DNA of 64,000 bases from an uncultured Deinococcaceae bacterium (GTDB taxonomy: Bacteria > Deinococcota > Deinococci > Deinococcales > Deinococcaceae), in the NCBI GenBank assembly GCA_964252075.1, contig CAXULY010000007.1, positions 131,372 to 195,371 on the forward strand, read 5' to 3'. Below, in pieces: positions 34,507 to 43,771 of this stretch (positions within the stretch are counted from its first letter, which is position 1; each line of letters opens with the position of its first letter). The position numbers were made by a program, and so were the translations under genes. The notes beneath the pieces are model-generated. The model did not search any database, had not been told where the DNA came from, and saw only the letters and a list, made by a program, of their open reading frames with translations.

Positions 34507-35192
34507 CCGCGTGCCCTATCCTGTGTGTCGTGAATCTGGCCCCCTTCATTGACCACACCCTGCTGAAGGCCACCGCCACGCCCGAGGACATCCGGGCGCT
34601 GTGCGCGGAGGCCCGACAGCATCAATTCAAGGCCGTGTGCGTGAACCCGCGCTTCGTGCCGCTGTGCGTGTCCGAACTCTCGGGCAGCGGCGTGCTGGTC
34701 GCCACCGTGTGCGCCTTCCCACTGGGCGCGCTGACGCCCGAGCAGAAGGCCCAAGAGGCCCGAGAGAGCGTGCGCCGCGGCGCCGACGAGGTGGACATGG
34801 TGATCAGCCTGGGCGACGCGCTCGCCGGGGACTGGGACGCGGTGCGCGCGGACATCCAGGCGGTGCGGGACGCCACGGTGGGCCGCGTGCTGAAGGTCAT
34901 CATCGAGGCGGGCGCCCTCAACGACGACCAGAAGGTGCGCGCCGCGCAGGCCGCCGTGGAGGCGGGCGCGGACTTCGTGAAGACCAGCACGGGCTTCGGT
35001 CCGGGCGGCGCGACCACCGCGGACATCGAACTGCTGAAGCGCACGGTGGGTGAGCGCGCGCAGCTGAAGGCGTCGGGCGGCATCCGCACGCGGCAGGACG
35101 CCGAGGCGCTCATTCAGGCGGGCGCGGCGCGCCTGGGCACGTCGGGCGGCGTGGGGCTGGTCAGCGGTGGCGGCAACACCACCAGTTACTGA
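34503..35192 (+). CDS. deoC: deoxyribose-phosphate aldolase
   Basis: IDHTLLK...KAVCV...Schiff-base Lys region and VKTSTGF motif. Confidence 0.9.
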   Translation: MTACPILCVVNLAPFIDHTLLKATATPEDIRALCAEARQHQFKAVCVNPRFVPLCVSELSGSGVLVATVCAFPLGALTPEQKAQEARESVRRGADEVDMVISLGDALAGDWDAVRADIQAVRDATVGRVLKVIIEAGALNDDQKVRAAQAAVEAGADFVKTSTGFGPGGATTADIELLKRTVGERAQLKASGGIRTRQDAEALIQAGAARLGTSGGVGLVSGGGNTTSY

Positions 35193-35193
35193 C

Positions 35194-35763
35194 GTGACGC
35201 TGCTGCTCGCCTCGGGCAGCCCCCGGCGGCGCGAGCTGCTGGGGCGTCTCGGTGTGCCGTTCAGCGTGCGCGCCTCCGACATCGAGGAGGTGTCCGCCTT
35301 CACGGACCCCGCGGAGATCGCGGCGGACCTCGCGCGGCAGAAAGCGCTCGCGGTGCGCGCGGACGGCGCGGTGGTGCTGGCCGCCGACACGCTGGTTGCC
35401 ATTGATGGCCGCGTGCTGGGCAAGCCCGCGGGCGAGGCGGAGAACCTCGCGTACCTGGAGCTGCTCGCGGGCCGCACGCACGAGGTGTTCACGGGGGTGG
35501 CTGTCCTGACGCCCGGCGGCGCGCCGGACGTGGGGGTGGAGCGCACCCTCGTGACCTTCCGGGACCTCACGCCCGGCGAGCGGGCCCATTACGCGGCGAG
35601 CGGTGAGGGGCGCGACAAGGCGGGCGGGTACGGCATTCAGGACCTCGGCATGGTGCTCGTGGCGCGCATTGACGGCGATTACTCGAACGTGGTGGGGCTG
35701 CCGCTCGCGCGCGTGACGGCCATGCTGCGCCGCGCGGGCGTCCCCGTGTGGGGTGAGGTGTGA
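35194..35763 (+). CDS. maf: Maf-like nucleoside-triphosphate pyrophosphatase (septum-formation protein)
   Basis: LASGSPRRRELL...GKP...GGYGIQ motifs. Alternative GTG at 35167. Confidence 0.85.
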   Translation: MTLLLASGSPRRRELLGRLGVPFSVRASDIEEVSAFTDPAEIAADLARQKALAVRADGAVVLAADTLVAIDGRVLGKPAGEAENLAYLELLAGRTHEVFTGVAVLTPGGAPDVGVERTLVTFRDLTPGERAHYAASGEGRDKAGGYGIQDLGMVLVARIDGDYSNVVGLPLARVTAMLRRAGVPVWGEV

Positions 35764-36542
35764 GTGGCTGGCGGCGCGCGGCGCTGCTGTACCTGGGCCT
35801 GCTGGTGCTGAGCCTCGTCGCCACGCGCTTTCAGGTGGTGGCGTCCACGGCCGTCACGGCGGCCATCCTGCCCGTCACGAAGGGCTTCGACGTGGTCGCG
35901 GACAACCTGCGCGGCGCGTGGGACACGCTGGCGAGTGAGCGGGACCTCGCCACGCAGAACGCGGCGCTCACGCGGCAGAACGACACCCTGCGCGCGCAGA
36001 ACGAGCAGTACCTGCGCGAGCTGTCGCGCCTGCGGCAGGCGCAGCTGATCCGCGACACGCAGGCGCCGAACATCCTGGGCATCGCGAGCATCATCGCGGT
36101 GGACCCCAGCCCGCTGCTGTCGCGCCTCACCGTGAACCGCGGCGCGGACGCGGGCGTGAAGCGCTTCATGCCCGCCACGGTGCCCGCCGGGCTGGTCGGT
36201 CAGGTCACGGGCGTCTCGGCGTCCAGCAGCGTCATCACGACGCTGGTGGACCCGGAGAGCAGCGTCGGCGTGACGCTCGCCCGCAACCGCGGCGGGCGGG
36301 GCCTCGCGGTGGGGCAGCCGCCCGACCGCCTGCGCGCCACCTTCCCCACCACCCTGCCCGTGAAGGTCGGGGATGAACTCGTGACGAGCAGCCTGGGCGG
36401 CGTGTACCCGGTCGGCATCAAGGTGGGCGTCATCGAGCAGGTGCTGCCGCTCGGCCCGAACGACGTGAACCGCACGGTCATCGTGAAGCCCACCGTGGAC
36501 GTGAACACCCTGGAGGAAGTGGCGATCCTCGGGCGCCTGTGA
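35760..36542 (+). CDS. mreC: rod shape-determining protein MreC
   Basis: N-terminal TM, coiled coil, beta-rich C-terminus. GTGA overlap with maf. Confidence 0.85.
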   Translation: MSGWRRAALLYLGLLVLSLVATRFQVVASTAVTAAILPVTKGFDVVADNLRGAWDTLASERDLATQNAALTRQNDTLRAQNEQYLRELSRLRQAQLIRDTQAPNILGIASIIAVDPSPLLSRLTVNRGADAGVKRFMPATVPAGLVGQVTGVSASSSVITTLVDPESSVGVTLARNRGGRGLAVGQPPDRLRATFPTTLPVKVGDELVTSSLGGVYPVGIKVGVIEQVLPLGPNDVNRTVIVKPTVDVNTLEEVAILGRL

Positions 36543-36600
36543 GGGCCTGCGGGGCGGGCGTTCCTCCTCTCAAACTCATGGCCCAGACGCTACAGTAAAC

Positions 36601-37098
36601 ATGGTGCGCGTCCTGTTGTACTTCCTCGTTCTGATCGGCGTGCAGGGTGCACTGTCGCGGCTGCTGCCGATGACCGTCACCCCACCGGACCTGTTCCTGC
36701 TGACCGGCGTGGCGCTCGCCCTGCGCTGGCGGCCCTGGCTGGCCGTGCTGGGCGCCTTCGGGGTGGGGCTGGCGCAGGACGTGCTGGGGCACGGCGCGCT
36801 GGGCTTCCACGCGGCGGGCGTCGCGGGCGGCGCGCTGCTGGTGCTGGGCCTGCGCAAGTTCCTGGCGGGCGGCGGGTTCCTGCAGGTGACCGTGACGGTC
36901 CTGACGGCCGTGGTGGGCCAGTGGGCGGCGTTCCTGGTGATCAGTTACTGGCTGCGCAACGACCTCGTGACCATCCCGTCCCTCATGAACGTGCTGCCCA
37001 TCATGCTGGCGGGCACCCTGATCCTTGCGGCGCCCGTCGAGCGCGCGGCGGGCTGGGCTTTCGGGCCGCGCGCGGGCGCGGAGGAGAGCCTCACGTGA
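36601..37098 (+). CDS. mreD: rod shape-determining protein MreD
   Basis: 165-aa polytopic membrane protein in the canonical position after mreC. Confidence 0.75.
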   Translation: MVRVLLYFLVLIGVQGALSRLLPMTVTPPDLFLLTGVALALRWRPWLAVLGAFGVGLAQDVLGHGALGFHAAGVAGGALLVLGLRKFLAGGGFLQVTVTVLTAVVGQWAAFLVISYWLRNDLVTIPSLMNVLPIMLAGTLILAAPVERAAGWAFGPRAGAEESLT

Positions 37099-39119
37099 CG
37101 CCGCACCCCAGCAGCCAGCCGCGCGGACGCTCGGCGCGCAAGGCCGCGCTGCGCACCATTCAGGTGCGCAGCGTGGAGTTCGTGGGGCCGGAAGCGGCGA
37201 AGAAACCCGCCTTCATGACGCGCCCGCGCTGGCTGGCGGTGTTCTTCTCGCTCATGCTGGTCGGGTACGGCGCGCGCTTCTACGACCTGCAGATCCGCCG
37301 CTACGCGAGTTTCGCCACGCAGTCCGAGAACAACTTCCAGCGGGACGAGGTGGTGCGCGCCCTGCGCGGCGAGATCCGCACGCAAGACGGCCTGCTGCTC
37401 ACCAGCAACCGCATGGCGGTGGACCTCATCTACAAGGGCGGCCCGGTGGACGGCTGGGAGCGCATCCGCTACCTCGCGAACGTGCCCGCCGACAAGCAGG
37501 AGCGCGGGCGGCCCAAGGAGCCGAACTACAAGCGCGAGCGGGAGGTGACGCTGGCGCGCAACATCCCGCAGGAACGCATCGCGGCCCTGTACGAGTACAC
37601 CGTCGGGCAGCCGAACCTGGAGCTGCGCGAGCGCCTGGAGCGCGTGTACCCGCAGGGCTCCCTCGCCGCGCACCTGCTCGGCTACACGCGCGAGGCGGAC
37701 GAGCAGGAGGTCAAGGAGGAAGGCTACACGCTCGGGGACCTCGTGGGCGCCAGCGGCCTGGAGGCGGGCCTGCAGAAGCAACTCGCGGGCCAGAACGGCA
37801 CGCGCCGCGTCGAGGTGACCGCGAACGGGCAGCGGCAGGGCGACCGGATCGTGGACCCCGGCCAGAAGGGCCAGAACATCACGCTCTCCATCGACTCCAC
37901 GCTGCAGCGCGCCGCCGAGCAGACCCTGAAGGACGCCCTGACGGACATCAATAAGGGCCGCGCGAAGTACGGCAAGCCCGCCGAGAAGGTCGTGAAGGGC
38001 GCCATCATCGCCATTGATCCGCGCACCGGTGAGGTGCTCGCGCTGGCGTCCAGCCCCACCTACGACCCGAACTGGTTCTCGCAGTCGCCGCGCCCCAAGG
38101 CGCTCGTGCAGGCCCTCACCAGCCCGGACTCCCCCACCATGAACCGCGCCGTGCAGCAGTTCGACTCCGGCAGCGTGTTCAAGGCCACCAGCACCCTCGC
38201 GTACGTGGAGAAGTGGGGTGACAAGGTCTTCGACTGCCCCGCCGGGTACCTGTACGGCGGGCGCATCTGGCGCAACTGGGCGCACTACGGCATGGGCCCC
38301 ATGGACGGCGCGAAGGCCATCAGCACCTCCTGCGACACGTGGTACTACCAGTCCGCGCTCGACGCGGGCCCCGTGCCGTACAGCAATTACCTCGCGAAGC
38401 GCGCGCGCGACATGGGCTACGGCGGCCCCACCGGGATGGAGCTCATCGGTGAGAAGGACGGCCTCGTGCCGAGCGCCGCGGAGTACCAGAAGAAGGGCGT
38501 CACGTGGTACCCGGGCTTCAGCGTGAATTACTCCATCGGGCAGGGGGACCTGCAGGTGACGCCCGCGCAGACAGCGCTCGCCCTCATGACCATCCTGAAC
38601 GACGGGCAGCGCCGCCCCCTCACGCTCGTGCATGCCGTGAACGGCCAGCGCCAGCCGCCCAAAGCCCCGCAGGGCATGGGGGGCACGCGCGCCACGTACG
38701 AACTCGTGAAGCGCGGCATGGCCATGACCACCCAGCAGGGCTTCGGGACGGCCTCCACGGTGCTGGGGCCGCGCTGGTTCCCCGTCGCGACGGGCGGCAA
38801 GACCGGCACCGCCGAGAACGCCATGAGCCGCACGAACGGCTACGCGTACACCAACGCGTGGTACGAGGGCTTCGGGCCGCTCCAGAACCCGAATTACGAG
38901 GTGGTTGCGATGTTCCAGAACGGCGGCGAGGGCTACGACGTGGGCCTGCCCGCCGTGACGCGCATGTTCGCGGCGCGCTGGTGCCTGAAGCTCGACGAGC
39001 GCCACCACGCCCTGCCCGACCAGACGCCCTGCCTCGGTGAGCTGCCTGACATGCACCGCGCCCTCGCGAAGCAGGCGCAGCAGGCGCGCGCGGAAGCCGC
39101 GAAGGCGGACGAACGCTGA
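37095..39119 (+). CDS. mrdA: penicillin-binding protein 2 (peptidoglycan D,D-transpeptidase)
   Basis: SxxK (SVFK), SxN and KTG(T) motifs (GGKTGTAE). GTGA overlap with mreD. Confidence 0.9.
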   Translation: MTPHPSSQPRGRSARKAALRTIQVRSVEFVGPEAAKKPAFMTRPRWLAVFFSLMLVGYGARFYDLQIRRYASFATQSENNFQRDEVVRALRGEIRTQDGLLLTSNRMAVDLIYKGGPVDGWERIRYLANVPADKQERGRPKEPNYKREREVTLARNIPQERIAALYEYTVGQPNLELRERLERVYPQGSLAAHLLGYTREADEQEVKEEGYTLGDLVGASGLEAGLQKQLAGQNGTRRVEVTANGQRQGDRIVDPGQKGQNITLSIDSTLQRAAEQTLKDALTDINKGRAKYGKPAEKVVKGAIIAIDPRTGEVLALASSPTYDPNWFSQSPRPKALVQALTSPDSPTMNRAVQQFDSGSVFKATSTLAYVEKWGDKVFDCPAGYLYGGRIWRNWAHYGMGPMDGAKAISTSCDTWYYQSALDAGPVPYSNYLAKRARDMGYGGPTGMELIGEKDGLVPSAAEYQKKGVTWYPGFSVNYSIGQGDLQVTPAQTALALMTILNDGQRRPLTLVHAVNGQRQPPKAPQGMGGTRATYELVKRGMAMTTQQGFGTASTVLGPRWFPVATGGKTGTAENAMSRTNGYAYTNAWYEGFGPLQNPNYEVVAMFQNGGEGYDVGLPAVTRMFAARWCLKLDERHHALPDQTPCLGELPDMHRALAKQAQQARAEAAKADER

Positions 39120-39838
39120 TGCGCCGGACGGCCCTGACGCTCGCGCTCCTCGCGGGCGGCGCGCAGGCGCTCACCGCGCAGCAACTCACGCTCGGCGGCG
39201 TGGTGTATCAGGTGGTGACGCTCGACCCGAAGCGTGACAGCCTGCGCCTGTACTGGCAGGGGCCGGGCGACGACGGTCCGCTCACCAGCTTCGCGGACCT
39301 GCGCACACTGCTCGCCTCGCGCGGGCAGCGGCTGCTGTTCGCCACGAACAGCGGTATTTTCGCGCCGGGCCTGAAGCCCCTGGGCCTGCACGTGGAGCGC
39401 GGCGTGACCCTCACACCCCTGAACCTCGCGCGCAGCGGCGGGAACTTCGCCCTTCGCCCCAACGGGGTGTTCTGGCTGGACGGGGGCCGCGCGGGCGTCA
39501 CGGAGACGCGCGCCTACCAGAAACTGAACCTGAAGCCCGATTACGCCAGTCAGAGCGGCCCGCTGCTCGTGCAGAACGGGCGGCTGCACCCCGCGTTCGT
39601 GCAGGGCAGCCAGAACCTCGCCACGCGCAGCGGCGTGGGCGTGTGCCAGGGCGGCACGGTGAAGTTCGCGCTGAGCCTCGCGCCCGTGAACTTCCATGAC
39701 TTCGCGCGCACCTTCCTGGCGCTGGGGTGCAACGACGCCCTGTACCTGGACGGGAACCTGTCCAGCATCTATACGCCCACCTGGGGGGACAGCCAGCTCG
39801 CGCAGTTCGCGGGCATGTGGGCCGTGGTCGGGAAGTAA
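39119..39838 (+). CDS. phosphodiester glycosidase (DUF2233/NAGPA-like) secreted protein
   Basis: Signal peptide, family-like motifs (ATNSGIF, SQSGPLLVQNG). ATG overlaps the mrdA stop. Confidence 0.65.
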   Translation: MRRTALTLALLAGGAQALTAQQLTLGGVVYQVVTLDPKRDSLRLYWQGPGDDGPLTSFADLRTLLASRGQRLLFATNSGIFAPGLKPLGLHVERGVTLTPLNLARSGGNFALRPNGVFWLDGGRAGVTETRAYQKLNLKPDYASQSGPLLVQNGRLHPAFVQGSQNLATRSGVGVCQGGTVKFALSLAPVNFHDFARTFLALGCNDALYLDGNLSSIYTPTWGDSQLAQFAGMWAVVGK

Positions 39839-39841
39839 GGG

Positions 39842-40525
39842 CTACACCAGGCGGTCGCCCTTCTCCAGGTTGTGCCTGGCGCACAGCAGTTGCACGTTCT
39901 CGGCGGTGCTGCTCGACCCGCCCCTGGCGAACGGGAGGATGTGGTCGAAGTGCAGGTCGTCCGTGGCGCCGCACACCACGCAGCGGCCCCCGTCACGCTT
40001 CCAGACTGCCACCTTCACCTCGGTCGGGATGACGCGCCGGGGCTCCGGGTGGGGCCGCGCGATCTCCCCCACCACTTCGGCCGCCAGCGCCTCCAGGCGG
40101 AACACGAACACGAGGCGCTGCCCGTCGTGCTCGCGGGTTGCGTCGGTGAGCGCGAAGAGGCCGTTGTCAATCCACACGCCATCGCGGATCTTCTCGTACA
40201 CCTGCACCCGTTCGGGCGGCTGCCGCCCGGCCTTCGCGGCCAGCGCCACCGCGAAGAACCTGCCGTTCTCGGTGAGGGTGCCGTACGGCGTGAACTGCGG
40301 CTGGTCGAGCTGCTTTGGGTCGCGGCCCGCGCGCCGGGGCGCGTCGTGCCCCTCGTACAGCAGCACCCGACCGTCCTCCAGCACCCGGTCGCGGTAGGGG
40401 GCGCCCTGCCGGACGGACATCAGGAGGACGGAGTGCCCGCCGCGCAGCCGGAAGTTCATGCCGCGCTGCAGGTGCGCCCCCTCGCGCAGGCACAGCTGCG
40501 TGTAGCTGATGACGTCGTCCGGCAT
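39842..40525 (-). CDS. SRA(YDG)-HNH fusion endonuclease; candidate modification-dependent (type IV) restriction enzyme
   Basis: C-terminal HNH ([22 protein letters not shown]...[17 protein letters not shown]). N-terminal about 150 aa aligns by eye with the SRA/YDG fold (SVLLMS...[18 protein letters not shown] vs [35 protein letters not shown]...LVFVFRL vs VRVVRNVKGG...LVWRYLLRR). Confidence 0.65.
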   Translation of the reverse strand: [227 protein letters not shown]

Positions 40526-40570
40526 GACGGCATGCTAGAGCGGGCGAAGCGGGATGGTCCGTGGCCTCGC

Positions 40571-41811
40571 TCAGTCCTCGGCAATCGCGGGGTTCGGAAC
40601 CTTTGGTCTCGCCGTCCGGAAGATCAGCAGCATGGGTAGGCGCACGAGGGCGGACGCGGCGAGCGCCCATGGCACGCCCGCGCGCGAGCCGGGCGCGCCC
40701 ATGACGGGCCCGAAGGCGATCTGGCCGAGCGCGTCGGCCTGCCCGGCGAGGCTCAAAACGGTGGCGCGGGTGCCGCTCGCGAGGCCCTGGTTCAGCCACG
40801 CGTGGGAGATGGGGGTGTACAGGCCGCGCAGCACGTCCGTGGCGGTGAGGGCGAGGACAACGAGCGGCAGGTTTGGGGCGCCCGCGAACACCAGGAGCGC
40901 CGCGATGCCGGCAAGCGTGAGGCCGCGCAGGGCGCGCGCCGCCTGCGTGGGGTCGGCGGGGTCCACGCGGCGACGCAGGGGTTCCGTCACGATGAAGCCC
41001 ACGAGCTGCCCGAGCAGCGCGAGGCCCGCGAAGAACCATGTGGAGGGCAGCGTGACCCCACCCCAGCGCAGGCCCACGTCGCGCAGGACGTGGTACTCGC
41101 GCAGGCGGTCGAGCGCCTCGGTGCTCGCGCCGAACAGCAGCGCCGCGACGAGCAGGCCCAGCAGCACGCGGCTGCCGTGCACCGCGCCGAGCGCGCTGAC
41201 CAGCGGGGCGCTGAGGGTCCGCCCCCGCCGCGCGGGTCGCGCGGGGTGGGCTGGAAGTGCCGTTCGGGCATGGTGAGCGCGAGCGCCCCGGCGAGGCCGA
41301 GCAGCAGCAGCGCCGCGCCCAGGATGGGGGCGCGCAGGCCCAGCAGGGCGAGGGCGGCGCTCGCGGGAATGCCGACGAGCGCCGCGACACGCCCGTACTG
41401 CCCACCGAGGAGGAGGCTGCGGCCCAGCGCGGCCTCGCCGCCCTCGTCCGCGAGCCAGGCGGTTTGCGCGCCGGAGATGAGCGTGTACCCGAGGCCGCTC
41501 ACGACCTGCGCGGCCAGGATGGCGCCGAAGGTGGGGAACGCCGCCACGATCAGGAGGCCGAGGCCCAGGCCGGCGTAGCCGAGGATCACGGAGAGGCGGC
41601 GCGAGGAGAGGTCCGCGATGACGCCCGTGGGCACCTCCGCGAGCAGGCAGGTGAGTTCCAGCGCGGTGCCGATCAGCAGCAGCTGCAGCGGCGTGAGCTG
41701 CGCGACCTGAATGAAGTACAGCGCCTGCAAGGTGAAGGCGAGCGCGAACGCGAGTGAGGACACGGCCTCGATGCCGAGGAAGACCCTCAGCGCGGGGGTG
41801 GGGACAGACAT
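40571..41811 (-). pseudogene. MFS transporter gene interrupted by a 1-nt frameshift (near a G5/C5 homopolymer at about 41223-41227)
   Basis: N-terminal half in the frame of ORF 40987..41811 and C-terminal half in the frame of ORF 40571..41182. Both halves look like a single 12-TM MFS protein. Confidence 0.6.
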
Positions 41812-42166
41812 GCAGCTCCTTGTGCGTGATCTCGAAGGGTCAGACCGGGCGCCGGTCCAGACCTCTGGGGTCTGACCGTGCGGTCGCGGTGGGCGTCAGT
41901 GCAGGACTGTTGACATTCGAGATCACCTCACGCAGGAGGCGTGCAGCGAGCGTACCGAACCGCGCGCCGCGCCTCCCTCCGCCACTCGGCTTACTGACAG
42001 GGTCGCCTGCGCGGGTCTACGCTGCCCCTTGGCCCGGCCGGGTTTCCCGGGGCCCGACTGTCGTCCTCGCCCCTGGAAGTGTGTCCGTGACTGACCCTCA
42101 AGCCTGACCGCCGCGATCATCGCTGCTTCCCACCCCACGCGGGTGGCGTCAGACCTGGAGGTTTTC

Positions 42167-43771
42167 ATGGGCGTTGCCCTCTCAGATGTCGCCGTGACGT
42201 ACGGCGACCGGACCATCTTTGAACGCGTGACGCTGGACGTGACGCCCGGCGCGCGCCTCGCGCTGATCGGCGAGAACGGCAGCGGCAAGAGCACGCTGCT
42301 GCGCGTCCTGGCGGGCACGCTCGCGCCCGACGCGGGCACACGGCACGCCGCCGGGCGCGTGGCGCTGCTGGTGCAGGAAGCGCGCGACTTGGGCGGCGCG
42401 GTGCTGGACGCCGTGACGCCCCCGGACCTGCGCGCGGCGCACTCGGCGTTCTCGGCGGCGTCCGCGGGTCTCGCGGACCCCACGCCGGAGGCGCTGGACG
42501 CCTTCTCGCTGGCCGAGGAGACGTACCGCGCGCTGGGCGGGTACGACTTCGAGGTGCGCGCGCGCTCCGTCCTGACGGGCCTGGGCCTCGACCCAGCGGC
42601 GGACGCCGCGCGCCTCTCGGGCGGGCAGGCGCGGCGCGTGATGCTGGCGCGCCTGCTGCTCGCGCCCGCGGACACGTACCTGCTGGACGAGCCCACCAAC
42701 CACCTGGACGCCGCGAGCGTCGCGTGGCTGGAAGGGTGGGTGCGGGAGAGCGCGGCGGCGTTCGTGCTGGCGAGCCACGACCGCGCCTTCCTGGACGCCA
42801 CCGCGACGGCCGTGGCGGAACTGGAGCGCGGCGCGCTGCACACCTACCCCGGCAATTACAGCGAGGCGATGGACGTCAAGGCGACCCTGCTGGACGCGCA
42901 GGCGCGCGACTTCGAGGCGTACCGCCGCAAGCGCGACGCGCTCCGCTCGGAGCAGGCGAACCTGCGCTCCAAGGCCGCCAGCGCGAACAAGTTCAACCAC
43001 CGCCGGGCGGGCAACCAGCCGCTCATCATGGCGAAGAACAAGGCGGAGGCCGTGTCGAACACCCTGGCAGGCCGAGCCAAGGCGCTGGAGCGGCGCCTGG
43101 AGCGCATGGAGGTCGTGGAGCGACCGTATCAGGACCGCCGCCTGCTGCACCTGGACCTTCCAGAGGCGCCCGCCGGGCCGTCCGAGGTGCTGACCGTGCG
43201 GGACCTGCGGGTGGAGCTGGATGGACGCCCGGTGCTGGAGGGCATGAACCTGGACCTGCGGCGCGGAGAGCGCGTGGCGCTCGTGGGCGCGAACGGGAGC
43301 GGCAAGAGCACCTTCATCCGCGCGGTGCTGGGGCAGGGGGCGGCGCAGGGCGGCGAGGTGCGCTTCGGTCAGGGCCTGGGCGTGTACTGGGCGGGGCAGC
43401 ACGGCGAGGAACTCGCGGGCCTCCCGACGCTCGCGGCGGCGCTGCTGGAAGCCAATGCGCTCCTGACGCGCCACCAGCTGTACGAGGTGGCGGCGCAGGT
43501 GGGCCTCCCACCCGACCCGGATTTCCCGGTGGCGGCCCTGTCGGGCGGGCAACGCACGCGCCTCACGCTCGCGCGGCTGGGCGTGACGCGCGCGCAGCTG
43601 CTGGTGCTGGACGAGCCCACCAACCACCTGGACATCCGCGCGATTGAGGCGCTGGAGGACCTGCTGCTGGCGTTCCCCGGCACGGTGCTGTTCGCCAGCC
43701 ATGACCGCCGCCTCATGGAGCGCGTCGCGACGCGCTTCGTGGCGTTCGGGGCGGCAGGATGGAGGGCATGA
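42167..43771 (+). CDS. ABC-F family ATPase (two fused ABC domains, no TMD)
   Basis: GENGSGKST / LSGGQARRV and GANGSGKST / LSGGQRTRL with about 100-aa inter-domain linker. GGAGG RBS before ATG 42167. Confidence 0.9.
   Translation: MGVALSDVAVTYGDRTIFERVTLDVTPGARLALIGENGSGKSTLLRVLAGTLAPDAGTRHAAGRVALLVQEARDLGGAVLDAVTPPDLRAAHSAFSAASAGLADPTPEALDAFSLAEETYRALGGYDFEVRARSVLTGLGLDPAADAARLSGGQARRVMLARLLLAPADTYLLDEPTNHLDAASVAWLEGWVRESAAAFVLASHDRAFLDATATAVAELERGALHTYPGNYSEAMDVKATLLDAQARDFEAYRRKRDALRSEQANLRSKAASANKFNHRRAGNQPLIMAKNKAEAVSNTLAGRAKALERRLERMEVVERPYQDRRLLHLDLPEAPAGPSEVLTVRDLRVELDGRPVLEGMNLDLRRGERVALVGANGSGKSTFIRAVLGQGAAQGGEVRFGQGLGVYWAGQHGEELAGLPTLAAALLEANALLTRHQLYEVAAQVGLPPDPDFPVAALSGGQRTRLTLARLGVTRAQLLVLDEPTNHLDIRAIEALEDLLLAFPGTVLFASHDRRLMERVATRFVAFGAAGWRA

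Noticed and set aside
36945-39056. 703-aa minus-strand ORF
   Set aside because: Antisense to mrdA (PBP2).
40167-41405. 412-aa minus ORF across the MFS locus
   Set aside because: Third-frame artefact (P/R/A-rich). The MFS signal is in the other two frames.
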